Positions 1-16,578 of a stretch of 64,000 bases of DNA are shown one piece after another. Position 1 is the stretch's first letter. Each line of letters opens with the position of its first letter. A program made the translations under genes and the position numbers. The notes beneath the pieces are model-generated. The model made no database searches. It was not told the DNA's origin and was given only the letters and a program-made list of their open reading frames with translations. This stretch comes from the human T2T-CHM13v2.0 reference genome, Homo sapiens, in NCBI RefSeq assembly GCF_009914755.1, contig NC_060937.1; one strand, given 5' to 3'.

Positions 1-3685
<3,685 letters not shown>

Positions 3686-4378
3686 AAAAGGAAGCTATAG
3701 GTAAGGGTGCCTTAAACCACTTGTTACACTGTCTAAACCATGAAGACTTTTAAAGAATATTCTCTTTAAGGTGAAAGAGAAGCCCTGGGAAAGAGAGTTT
3801 CTCCTGCTCTAATGGTACCCTGGCAACTAACTGGGCCACAGCTTAGTCTATAGTCAGGAGCTGTGTTTCCAGTGGAGACCATTAATGTGACTGATGAGAA
3901 GGCAGGAAGACATCAGGAGCTTCATGCTACTCTTAAGAAATTTGATAGAGGCCCTGGAGCTTGCATATTAGTTGTCGATTAAATATAGGTTTGTTGATTA
4001 AATGCCCAGGAGAATCATGGCTTTACCTCTTTCCTCTGAAATTGAAAATACAGAGAAAGGTGTTTTTTTTTTCTTCCAATAGCATAAAGGTCTATTTATC
4101 ATATGCCAGTGTTGCTTCTTGGTTTCCCTTGGAGAATTGACAAGTCTGGCTATTCAGGATGTTCTCAATGTTGAGTGACGGCTACAAAGATTGGGTGGTG
4201 GCTCTTGTGCAGGTTGACTATGAGAGGGCAGCCCAGTTAATCCTGAGGAAGTGCTGCATCAGCAAAATGCAACATTAAAAATTTCTGTAGTTAACAAAAA
4301 ATTACGTCTCTTAGCAACTTGAGTTTTTTTAGGGTTAATTCCAAAAATGATGAATAAATTCTTCATTGAGAACATCTT

Positions 4379-4784
4379 TGAAAGATTCTCCCTGGGCCCT
4401 GAAAGCTTGAAGGGATAAGTAACTCCTCCTTCCTCAGGCCCAGTCCCAAGGCATAAAGCCACTTGTGTCAGCAGCGTACGCCAGCAAGATAGCAGAAGCA
4501 GGAAGAGAGCCAGCCAGAAGACACCTACCCTGGCTGGAAGACACCTAGCCCTGAAGATCGAGGAAGAAGCCATCTGGGTACTACGTAGCAGTCACATCAG
4601 ACTAGGACACTTTCTGTTTACAGAGGTCTATAAAACCCCGTCCCGTCCTCACTTGGGGCTGGCGCCATTTTAGGCCTCAGCCCACCTGCACCCAGGTGCT
4701 CATTAAAACAGCATGTTGCTCCACACCACCTCATGTTGTCTGTTGGCACGCTCTCGGGCTTCAAACCGATTCAAGGACCTTACA
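4379..4784 (+). mobile_element. Solo ERV1 LTR (LTR21-like; subfamily uncertain)
   Basis: TG...CA termini (tgaaagattctccc...ggaccttaca), TATA-like 'tataaaa' ~4629, 'attaaa' ~4702; resembles a recalled LTR21 consensus. No clear TSD. Confidence 0.7.
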
Positions 4785-5379
4785 GTATTGACAAGTAACA
4801 TTGGGATTTATAGAAACTGTCAAGTTGCCTGGTGTTTTAACTACCATACAATCATTTAATATTAGTGGAGACTAGTTTCCTGACAGCAGGGAATCATTGT
4901 GGATACCTAAACCAGATTGTTCCAGACACACACGAGGGGTAGCTGTGTTCTTGGTCCAAGTTTAAGTCAAGATCAGAGTATTCTGAATTCAAGACACAGA
5001 ATCCTAGATCAGATTGAGGTGCTATTGAGAGCAAATGGCCTTAACAGTACCTGGGCCATTCCTGCTTCTCAGAGTATCAGAGGATTTTTTTTGACTATTG
5101 ATTATTGTGTATTATAGATTTTTATTTACTGTGTTTTGATCAATTCCAGTCATCCATTTTGATGCTCAGAGGTTACCCTTAAGCTGGCTCTTGGGTTCTT
5201 TTGACATGACCTGTTAGTACATGGGTACTTCTGTGCTTTCTAGAACAAGGCCCACCTACTTCATTCCCCATCCCAAACCTGGAATCTGTCAGGATGCATT
5301 CAGTAGCGTAATAGCAGGATGGTGTTTTGAAACCAAAACCTTGGCATCAGATGCTGTATGAATGCCATGTTGTCACCAA

Positions 5380-6240
<861 letters not shown>

Positions 6241-6242
6241 GT

Positions 6243-6656
6243 TGTGACGGTTACTACGGGACTGAATGAAGGGGGGCAAACGCAGAAATGAAAACAAAAA
6301 CAAAAGAAACTGTTCTAAAGAAGGGGCCGGAGGCTCCTTGCTTCTAGTGAGCAAGGGCCTTGAGCTTCCACAGCCCTTCATATTTATTGGGTAGCAATAG
6401 CAGGGAGGAGGAGCTCACAGTTGATTAGCTGCTTGATCACAGGTTCACATTATTGCTAACAGGCTTCAGTAGTGCCTGTAGATAATCATAACAAACACTA
6501 CGCCTGGGGCGTAACTGCCCTCAGCATTCCTTCTGGGCGGCAGATGCAATCTATCAGTTTGCCAACATCCTGCTTTCATGAGAACAGTTTGCTGTTTACT
6601 CATATAGCCTCTGGTGGTATACTGAGTTGATCATGACCCTCATTCTTTCAGCCTCT
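6243..6656 (-). mobile_element. Solo LTR3 (HERV-K HML-6 family)
   Basis: Minus strand reads 'gaggctgaaagaatgagggtcatgatcaactcagtatacc...' and ends 'gtaaccgtcaca', matching a recalled LTR3 consensus. Confidence 0.8.
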
Positions 6657-6799
6657 AGGTGATGGGTATTTATTGTACTATTCCCCCTACTTTCCTATAT
6701 GTTTAAAGTTTTTTGTTCTAAAAGAAATATTTTCAAAGGGAGGTGGAGAACTCCCTGACTTTGGGATGCAGGCAGCCACTTGCTCCTGAGAGCTTTCTA

Positions 6800-7400
6800 T
6801 CAGTGTTTCTTCCTACATTTCCATAGTCCAGGAGCTGCTATCACCATCCTTCCAGTTTCCAAAGGGATGGGAAATGTCCTCATCCCCTCTTTCTTGTTCA
6901 GCCTTTTCATTTGATAAGAACTGCCTTCTTCTAATTATATCTTCTAAATATGTCATGAACCAGTCCATACCTTTGGCCACGATCCTGGAGGCACCCTGGC
7001 AGCAACCCTCCAACTGGCTCTCCCTAGTCCATGACCCTCTTTTATCCACAACCATTCAGCCCCCAGAGTAATCTTTCTAAAGTGCAATTCTGATCACGCT
7101 GCTTCCTGTGACTCTCATTGCTTAGAGGATAAAGTCCAAGCCCCTCACATGGTGTATGTGGCTGCATGACCAGCATGACCTTCATCACCCGTCCCTGCTT
7201 CAACATGGGTCTGCTCCTCTGTGCCTTCCAGTTCTGTGCTCCTCTTGTCTTCTTTCTGCTGCCCTTTGCCCCCTCTTCCTCTGACTCCCTCCTCATGGGC
7301 ATACTGAAATTCTCAAATGCAGAAGTCCCCCTACCCCAGGAGAATTCCTTGGCCACACCACTTCCTTACTGGGCTGCAAGTCCCCCATAATAGCATGTGC
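6800..7400 (+). mobile_element. L2 fragment
   Basis: C/T-rich degenerate L2 3' motifs ('taatctttctaaagtgcaattctgatcac', 'aggataaagtccaagcccctcacatgg'). Confidence 0.6.
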
Positions 7401-7434
7401 CCATGGCAGTATTCACACTTGCTTATACTTGTGG

Positions 7435-7682
7435 GAGGCAGCGGGGTGCAGTGATTGGAGCCAAAATGTCTGGGCTTGAATCACAGCTCTGCTGCCCACT
7501 CACTCCTTATGTGACCTCGGGCAAGTTACTTTACCCTCCTATGCCTGCAGTTCTCATTTATGGAGTCAGGATAATAGTAAGAGACCCAAACTCACCAAGT
7601 GCTGAGTGTGAAGTGAGCCCAAATGTGTACAGTTTAGAACAGTAACTGGCACATGATAAGCACGCAATAAATGCTAGCCATT
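7435..7682 (+). mobile_element. MIR SINE
   Basis: Core 'gtgacctcgggcaagttactttacc...cagttctcattta'; 3' end 'ctggcacatgataagcacgcaataaatg'. Confidence 0.8.
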
Positions 7683-7739
7683 ATCTGAACTGTGTTCCTA
7701 GCTCCTCACTTGATGGTGAGCTCTTTGAAGTGAGGGGCA

Positions 7740-8175
7740 GTATTTATAAATATTACCATGTGCCAGGCGCTGTGTGAGGTGTTTCTATTTCAGCCAGTCC
7801 TCACAAATGAGGTAAGTGCCAATTCTTCCTCCCTGTGGCCCTCCTCACCTCCTAGCTCCTTCCCTCTTCCCATCTTCTCTCTGTCCTTCCTTCCTTTCAT
7901 ACATACTTTGGTGTCAAGTCTGTGCCGTCATCCCTATTTGACAGATGAGGAAGCAGCCGCCTGCGGAGAAGCTAAGGAATTTGTCCATATGCACATAGCC
8001 AGCTGAGCGGCAGTCCTGGGGTGGAATTCCTACTGCCTAATTCTTGAAGTTGCTGCAGGCAACACTGCTGCATTTTATACTTCTTTTTTGTATCCCTAGC
8101 ATGTAGCATCCTGACTACCATTTAGTGTTCACTAAGTATTTCTGAAATGAATGAATAAGTGAATGAATGTGAGTA
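7740..8175. mobile_element. Interleaved MIR (-) and L2 3'-end (+) fragments
   Basis: 'atgtgccaggcgctg...gacagatgaggaagc' (antisense MIR) and L2 terminal 'tgaatgaataagtgaatgaatg'. Confidence 0.55.
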
Positions 8176-9540
8176 CATTAAATGAAAATGAAGGACAGAT
8201 GAGTGGGGGGTGTAAGAACTCAGGTTTGGACAAAGACATTCTATGCTCTGAACACTCACAGCTCAGGGTCAGGTGGACAATCTGCTGAGCAGACAAGAAG
8301 ATCCTTGAGGACATGTGAACCAGCTTTTTGAAAATCTTGCATTTTGCTGAGAATTCACATTAAACTCAGCAACCTGGACCCAAATCTTCATTTTCCTCCC
8401 TTGTGGTGAATAATCAGCATGTTTGTGTTTAGCTCCCCTTTTATCCTCCATAATTCCAAAAAGATTACTCAATTTCCAGGATTATGTCTCTAAATTCCTT
8501 CATGCTTTTAGCTATTCTGAGCAGGATTTAAAATCATTAGCTGCTAGAGACTCTTTTATTACTTCCATAGTTGAATGTCCTCTTTACTACCTCTGCTGGG
8601 ATTTTCCAGTCTGAAAGTCATTCTTCTTGATGATACCATCTGCAGAAAGGCGCATTTCCATTTGAGTAGTCAGCAGACAGCTTCATCAGTGAAGCCATCA
8701 TCAGTGAAGCTGTCATATTGCTTCATCAGTGAAGCCTTCCATGACGGTCTTATCTGAAGTTGTCCCCCAATCTCCATCACTGTCACATCACCCTATGCTA
8801 TGGCCTTAATAACATTCATTTTCTTTAAAATTATCTGCAGCCATAAAACCTGTGTTTTCAGCCCCTTTCTATCAGAATGTAAGCTGTTCACTGCTGGTGT
8901 GTGTACTGGTGCTGCCCAGTAAATACTTGTTGAATGAATGAAGTGGGGATGTAAGCGGCATGGAGAAAAGATGATGCAGAAAAAGGATTAAAAGTAGTGC
9001 AGAGTCCCTGTGGGACATTATGCTATTGCTTTGTATTCTATTATGTCTCTACCACTAGCCCACAGGCCCTGAGAGCTTGGTGCTGCTTGCTCACTTTTTC
9101 ATTTGTTTCATTCATTCCTTTAATTCACTCATAAAAGACTTACTGAGCATGACTGTTGGCAAAGCGGATGTTCTGGGAGCTGGGTATTCCTATTTTGTTG
9201 ACAAAAGATGAGAGATCAGACATTGCAAGACCCTCTTCTGACCATAATTTTACTTGTGGCTAAGCCTGCAGAAGAAATAGTTCCTTTTCCTTTTGGCCCA
9301 GAAAGTCTGCATTTATAAACTGTCAGCTGCAGGAGAGCAGTCTGCTCCTGTAACCCAACCTCAGTTGGTGGAATCCTTAATCAGTGCATGCTCAGCAGGC
9401 CCCCACGGGAAGAATGACTGCTTTGCACTGGTAAGGGGGTCTGCGGTGAGAGATGACCCCATCTCCACCTCCGGGGCTGTGGTGGTGCCTCTTTCAGCAA
9501 TTGGCGTCGCGTCTGCCTTTCCTTTGTCCCAGTGGGGGTC

Positions 9541-10080
9541 TGCATTTCCTTGGTACCAATGGGGATTTTGCCGGGCTGCGCTGCCCCTCCCTAAGGGGTG
9601 GTCTGCGCAGAGGGTTAAATATGCAGGGGACCCACAACTCCCCAGGGACCGCTAACGGAGTCATGTGCTGGCTAAAGTCGGAGCGATTGCAGGGCATGTC
9701 TGCGTTGGTCTCGGGGTGCTGGGGCCCCAGGGTAAAGGGAATCCAGGCAGTGGAGCAGCGCCAAAGGTGCACAGCCAGGCGGCGCCCTCGACTCTTCCTG
9801 GGTGTGAGGGGGTGCGCCAGGGCTGCGCGAGCTGGCCACTCTGTTCCCAGGCCATGCCTCATCGCCACTGATAGCGTTGCCCTGGGTCTCGGCGGCAGAG
9901 TGGCTCCCCAACAGCTTAGCAGCCAGCAGACCGTCAGAGGCACGAGGGGAGCAGAGAAGCTCCTCCATCGACCCTTTCGCTGGGCACTGAGCTCCTGGGA
10001 CGGGAGCGGGGTTGACTTCAGCCAGACTCTCGCTGCTTTTTTCCTGTGCGCCCCAGCTTCCTCGCGTGGGCCCTTCTGAG
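9541..10080. promoter_or_regulatory. CpG-rich, non-repetitive promoter/enhancer-like island
   Basis: About 30 CpGs counted in 540 bp, GC above 60%, against a CpG-depleted background; CTCF-like CAGCCAGGCGGCGC at 9772-9785. Confidence 0.6.
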
Positions 10081-11718
10081 GAGAGTGTGATTAACGCATT
10101 TGGAGTCCATGTGTGACTGAAGCACAAAATGCTCGCCTATACTCCGAATGACCAATGCGGTGGGATGAAAAGGGACCAGAAGTTTATGAAGGTCCAGAAA
10201 CCAAAATAAGGTTAGCACTGAGTGCTGTCCAGCTCCTAAGGAGACAAAAATGGCTCCACAGCCTGCCCATCTGTATGCTCCCCTAGAGATTTGAGCAGTG
10301 GGGCACTGAAGAAGTGAACCACACCCGCATCGTGCACCCTGCAAGGGAGACAAGGTAACTTTTCCCATTTCACCTAGGTAAGATGTTTTATTTTTCTGGG
10401 TCTTACCCAGTTTTTTGACGGAAAAATGAGATAATTATATCTATTGCAATTTAACCAGATTTTGTAATAACTACGGTTTTTTCATGTTAACCTACTTTAA
10501 GAATAGTATTTTCTATTTGTTAATTTAATAAACCTAATGTGAAGTTCTAGCCTAAATGCCGTGTTGCCCCCCTGTAAAAACCCCTCTTTAGGATTACATC
10601 TCTGTGTAATATGGACTCCCCTGCTCATAGTAACCTGCTGCTTTCTGCTCTTTCCCCTAGAACACTCCCATGATACTACTCTTCTTGTACTTCTCTTGCC
10701 CAGTATTACAGGTCTATATTAGACCATCCTGAACAGGAGCTTAAGCAAACGTGACATTATTTTCAAATACTGAACTCAACTTTGCTCTTGAGAAAAAATA
10801 TAATTCAATCTTTCCCATTCTGGCATTTCCAATCTAATCCAGGGATTTTTTTTCAGCCACACTCAAATGTTATTTTCTCAATCACTGTCAAGTTCAAAGC
10901 TTATCATTGTAGGATAAATGCTGTTTTTCACAGTTTCTTTCCTCTTTATTTTCACCTGCCTTTCTTCCTGGTGGTGATATGAGTGCAACAGGTTGGGGAG
11001 GATGTATTTTCCAGCATTGGAAAAGGGATAGCTGCTTTCCAGTGGGCACTCTTTGCGGGGCTTCATCCTGCTCAGTCTATGGGTATCACTCTCTGTCCCG
11101 ATAGTATCTTCTACAATGTGGCCGGGGGCCTGAGCATCAGGTGTCTAATACTGGGAATCCACCAGGATATGATACTCCCCTCCCCTGCTGACGAAAGTCC
11201 CTGCCATTGTCCTCTGTAACTTTCTCTTCCAAGTCTGAGGCCATTTCTGGGCCACTTTTGCTCTCAGAATTCTAAAGTCTCCTTGGGAATCTGGGAACAT
11301 TAGTCAACTTTCTCTACACTGCATGGGAACAGGGTTCCCATGGGGGTTATGGGTTGTAAGGTTCCTCTTTAGCCTACCCTTACCTATGGCAACAGTGTGG
11401 GTAGTGTCCTGCCAAACATGGAATAAACCCTCCAAATAATCAACCCACAACAAATTTTACTTATTTTTCATAAGTTTACTAATCTGCCATTTGAAGAGAT
11501 GTCTTCAGTTGTGATAACCCAGGCTCAATGGTTTGTACAATATTATGCATACTTGTAGGATGCATCTGTATTTCAGGACACAGATTGCAGAAATATCTCT
11601 GTCAAATATAAACCTCAATTTGTTTTTCAAGCTGTCAGTCTAATAGGGTGATGGGAAATGAATCTCAGACAAATTAGGGAGTCTCATTCTCTTATTAGCC
11701 CAGGGCCTTGGCTAGGGT

Positions 11719-13604
11719 CCAGTCTCAGGTGTGTCTTTATCAGCAGCATTAAAATGGACTAATATAGTAAATTGGTACCAGTAGAGTGAGGCACTGCTGT
11801 AAAGATACCTGAAAATGTGAAAACGAATTTGGAACTGGGTAACACGCAGAGATTGGAACAGTTTGGAGGGCTCAGAAGAAGACAGAAAAATGTGGGAAAG
11901 TTTGGAACTTCCTAGAGACTTGTTGAATGGCTTTCACCAAAATGCGGATGGTAATATAGACAATGAAATCCAGGCTGAGGTGGTCTCAAATGGTGATGAG
12001 GAACTTGTTGGGAACTGGAGAAAAGTCACTTTTGTTATGCAAAGAGAATGGTGGCATTTTGCCCCTGCCCTGAGATTTGTGGAACTTTGAAATTGAGAGA
12101 GATGATTTACGGTATCTGCTGAAAGAAATTTCTAAGCAGCAGAGCATTTAAGAGGAAGAAGAGTATGAAAGTTTGAAAAATTTGCAGGCTGACAATGCAA
12201 AAGAAAAGAAAAATGCATTTTCAAGCTGGCTGCAGAAATTTGCATAAGTAATGGGAAGCCAAATGCTAATCACCAAGACAATGGGGAAAATGTCTTCGGG
12301 GCATGTCAGAGACCTTCACAGCAGCCCCTCTCATCACAGGCCTAGAGGCCTAGGAGGCAAAAATGGTATCCTGGGCCAAGGCCCCTCTGCTGGGTGCAGC
12401 CTAGAGACTTGGTGCCCTGTGTCCCAGCTACTCCAGCCATGGCTAAAGGGGCCAACATACAGCTCAGGCTGCTGCCCCAAGTCTCAGTGGCTTACCCATG
12501 GTATTGGGCCTATGGGTGCACAGAAGTCAAGAATTGAGGTTTGGGAACCTTTGCCTAGATTTTAGAAGATGTATGGAAATGCCTCGATGTCCAAGCAGAA
12601 GTCTGCTGTAGGGGTGGGGCCCTCATGGAGAACCTCCGCTAGGAGAGTGTGGAAGGGAAATGTTGGGTTGGAACCTCCACACAGAGACCCCACTAGGGCA
12701 CTACCTAGAGGAGCTGTGAGAAGGGAACCACTGTCCTCCAGACCCCAGAATGGTAGATCCACCAACAACTTGCATGGCACACCTAGAAAAGCCACATTCA
12801 ATGCCAGCCCATGAAAGCTGCTGGGAAGGGGGCTGTACCTTGCAAAGCCACAGGGGCAGAGCTGCCCAAGGCCATGAGAGCCCACCTCTTGCATCAGTGT
12901 GACCTGGATATGAGACATGGAGTCAAAGGAGATTATGTTGGAGCTTTGATTGCCCTGCTGGATTTTGGACTTGCATGGGTCCTGTAGCACCCTTTCATTT
13001 TGGCCAATTTCTTCCATTTGGAACAGGTGTATCTACCCAATGCCTGTATGGCCATTGTATCTAGGAAGTAACTAACTTGGTTTTGATTTTACAGGCTCAT
13101 AGGTAGAAGGGACTTGCCTTGTCCCAGATGAGACTTTGGGCTGTGGACTTTTGAGTTAATGCTGAAATGAGTTAAGACTTTGGGAGACTGTTGGAAGGGA
13201 TGATTGGTTTTGAAATGCAAGGACATGAGATTTGGGAGGGGCTGGGGCAGAATGATATGGTTTGGTTCTGTTTCCCCACCCAAATCTCATCTTGAATTGT
13301 AATAATCTCCATGTGTTGTGGGAGAGACCTGGTGAGAGGTAATTGAATCATGGTGTGGGGGTTTCCCATGCTGTCCTTGGGATAGTGAATAAGTGTCAGG
13401 AGATGTGATGGTTTTATAAAGGGGAGGTCCCCTGCACGTGCTCTCTCTTGCCTGCTACCATGTAAGACGTGCCTTTTGCCTTCTGCCATGATTGTGAGGC
13501 TTCCCCAGCCCCTTGGAACTGTGAGTCCATTAAACCTCTTTTTCTTTATAAATTACCCAGTCTCAGGTATGTCTTTATCAGCAGCGTGAAAACAGACTAA
13601 TACA
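11719..13604 (+). mobile_element. THE1 (ERVL-MaLR) provirus: 48-bp 5' LTR remnant (11719-11766), THE1-int (11767-13252), complete 3' LTR (13253-13604)
   Basis: Internal start 'gtaaattggtaccagtagagtg', polypurine tract 'gggaggggctggggcagaa', LTR 'tgatatggtttgg...gactaataca'; 5-bp TSD agggt at 11714-11718 and 13605-13609. Confidence 0.93.
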
Positions 13605-13629
13605 AGGGTTAGAAAAGGCTCAGGAGGAA

Positions 13630-14964
13630 AATGGAAAGTGAGATCCAGTGGCTTCCGGAGGCCAGGTTTTCCTCTTCTGGCCTGATGTTTGTTCTGTCTA
13701 CCTGGGGAAGGCAAATAGGTTACTCAAGTGCTTCTATGAGAAAGAGAGAAGGGGTTATAATATCCCATGGCTTCAGGGAGCCCACTGATTCTCTGTCACT
13801 TGTCTGTACAGCATCCACTGTGGTGTCCGTTGTTGCATTGGGCCCACAGTTGCTGGACTATATAGGGTGCTGCAGGGATGCCCCTGGGTCCCACTCTCTT
13901 GCCCCCTCCCTTTCAGTTCCATTGATATACCATGTCTCTGGCACATAGGAGGCAACTTCTGATTTTCAAGCTAGTCTGAGCTGTATAGAAGTTTTTGGCG
14001 GCCATCTAAGACCCCGTCTTTTGTTACCCCCTTTAACCACCTATATATTTTTTGAGTCTAGCTGCTTCTCTATGGGTTTCCCTGGAAAATAAATCACAGA
14101 CCCAGGTCTCTTCTTCTTGGGGTCCCCACAGACCTTGCAGGGCATGACATGGAGAGTGGGGTCTCTTCCAGAGACCCATGAACCATCCCTCATACCTCTT
14201 CCTCTCAGTTCCTCCAGGAAGCATCTTCTGTTATCCCTGGGGGCAGCTGGGGGAGTAGGGTGTTGGGCTCCAACCCACCAGGTTTCCTCTCAAATCTTTT
14301 GAGCCAGAGGCTTTTCTGTTCCCATAAAGTAGTAGGCTTTTGAAACTCAAAATGCAAGAAGATAATCTTTTCCCTCTGCTCTCTGTTATCATCATCTCTC
14401 TTTGCCAAGTGCTTTGAGTCTTACTGAGTTTTACTGCTGGTGCCCCAGCCTGACGGCCTGAGAGGAGGGAAGGTTCAGACAGTGCCTAGAAGCCAGAGCA
14501 GGTCAGCGTTGCCCAGCACCCTGTCCTTTGCTGCTTCCGGATGTCTACACCAACATGTTAAATGAGGAGGCTATGCTTTGAGTTCCTCCACTTTACTTGA
14601 AAAACTTGTACATTGATATCTTGGGAGAAATGTCTTTTCCGCTTTTGACCTCCAATGGTTAGTGATGCCACTGAACTGGAATGGTGTAGCCTGCCCTGCC
14701 TCTGAAGAAAACATTTTAGGATCCAGTGAAAAAGCTGAGTTTGTTTTTCTCTCTTTTCATTTTCTATTTAGTAATGAAAAACCTCTGGCGTGGATCTGGG
14801 TGGAAGGGAACATAATGGAAATGAAATCAAGTGGAATCCAGAGGCTAGGTTTTCCTCTTCCAGCCTGATGTTTGCTCTGTTCACATGGGGAAGGCAAATA
14901 GGGAACTCAAGTGCTTCTATGAGGAAGAGATAAGGAGTTATATTATCCCATGACCCCAGAGAGC
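13630..14964 (+). repeat. Diverged ~150-bp dispersed direct repeat (13630-13781 and 14814-14964)
   Basis: Shared blocks 'aggttttcctcttc', 'gcctgatgtttg', 'tggggaaggcaaatagg', 'actcaagtgcttctatgag', 'tatcccatg'; roughly 75-80% identity by eye. Confidence 0.85.
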
Positions 14965-15182
14965 TCATAACTATTTCTCTCAAGAAGTCCCTGCAGTTGC
15001 TTATGGATTTAAAAACGTGATGATAACACTGAAAACCACTGAAAGCAAATAGAACACAGAACAGAGAGAAGAACTTCAGCCAAGGGCATAGTTGGCTTTC
15101 CCTGAGCACCAGGCTGGGATCTCTGAAGAGGATGGCTACTCTTCCTCTTCCTGCTCCTGCTCCTAGGCCTCCCACCACTGCT

Positions 15183-15303
15183 GCTAGCTAACATTCACTG
15201 AGTGCATGTGCTATGCCAGACACCTTTTAAAGGTACTACACTAATTAACCCACTTGACCCTCACAACAACTCTATGAGGTAAGTACTATTGTCATCATCC
15301 TCA
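15183..15303 (-). mobile_element. MIR fragment
   Basis: 'aacattcactgagtgc...tgctatgccagacac...cctcacaacaactctatgaggtaagtactatt' is an antisense MIR. Confidence 0.75.
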
Positions 15304-15304
15304 T

Positions 15305-15613
15305 CACGAATGGCTTAGCACCATCTCCTTGGTGTTGTTCTCATGATAGTGACTTTTTGTGAGACCTGGTTGTTCACAAGTGTGTAGTGCCACCCCCCCG
15401 ACCCCGCCCACTTGCTCCTGCTTTCATCATGTAAACTGACTGCTCCCACTTTACCTTCCTCCATGATTATAAGTTTCCCAAGGCATCCCTAGGAGCAGAT
15501 GGCGCCGTGCTTCCTATACAGCCTACAGAGCTGTGAGCCAGTTAAACCTCTTTTTAAATAAATTGCCCAGTCTCAAGTATTTCTTTATAGTAATGTAAGA
15601 ACGCACTAATACA
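15305..15613 (+). mobile_element. MST (MaLR) LTR, 5'-truncated
   Basis: 'aatggcttagcaccatctccttggtg...gttaaacctc...cccagtctcaagtatttctttatag...ctaataca'. Confidence 0.85.
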
Positions 15614-16578
15614 CCGGCTTATAGGGATGACCCGAAACATACAACTGAACTTTTTGAGTCTATCGTTATCTCACCTGGGCTGATGTTCAGAGTCTCCTTA
15701 GCATTTTATTGGCATCCAAAAACCATTGTCTAATGCTAGAAAAGGCTCAGGAGGGGGCTGACCAGTCACACACAGAAGATCCTAATAACAAGGTAAGGGC
15801 CAGCACCAATCTGGCAATGCCCCCTTTATAACCCCAAGTGGAATCTGAATGACAGGGAGGAAGATAAAATCCAACAGTTTTGGCATTGTATTTTGATGGG
15901 GCTCAGGAAGGGTGTCCCTAAAAACCAAAAGCATAAACAAGATTCAAGAAATTAGACAAGAAGTGGAGGAGAACTCATTAGCATTTTGGGAAAGGATTTT
16001 GGAGGCTTATTGGAAATATACAGATGTAGCTGCAGTCTTGAGAATTCCAGGTTAATTAATATGACTTTTATAGGGCAGAGTATGCCTGACATTCAACAGA
16101 AATTGCAAAAATCAGAGGGCACCCTAACATTGCCAATATCTCACTTGGTTGATGTGGCATACAAGGTCTTTCTGAGTCTAGAGCAGACTAGGAACAACAA
16201 AAGGAGAAACAAAAATTGCAGGAGATGAAACTGCAGGCTAAGTTCTCAGCCACAGACTTAGCTGAGGGTCTGGAATGGCCTCCTCAAAAAGGGCAAAAGC
16301 CACCGCCCACACACACCTTAGGAAAAACTAGTGTGCTGATTGCAGAAAAGAGAGACACTAGAACAAAGATTGTCCTAAGTTGAATAGAAAGGGGCCAAGA
16401 CCCAGCCTTGCAAATGGCTGGATTCAATGGAGATGACCTGAAATGTTGGGACTCTAAGGCTTTTTCCACCTTTCTTAATGTTACCTGCCAGGAGCCTAGG
16501 ATAGCCATTAGATTGAGTGATAAATTGGTCAATTTTCTGATTGATGCTGGAACAAGCTACCATAACTCAAATGTAACT

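Noticed and set aside
9453-10079. 208-aa ORF and several overlapping ORFs
   Set aside because: GC-rich DNA with few stops in several frames; no recognisable domain.
10990-11450. Possible ancient LTR (AATAAA and a ...CA end)
   Set aside because: I could not match it to a family or find a TSD by eye.
13610-15754. Exact 18-mer tagaaaaggctcaggagg at 13610 and 15737
   Set aside because: The second copy is embedded in ERV gag sequence, and the enclosed DNA is not a single insertion, so it is not a credible TSD; probably chance.
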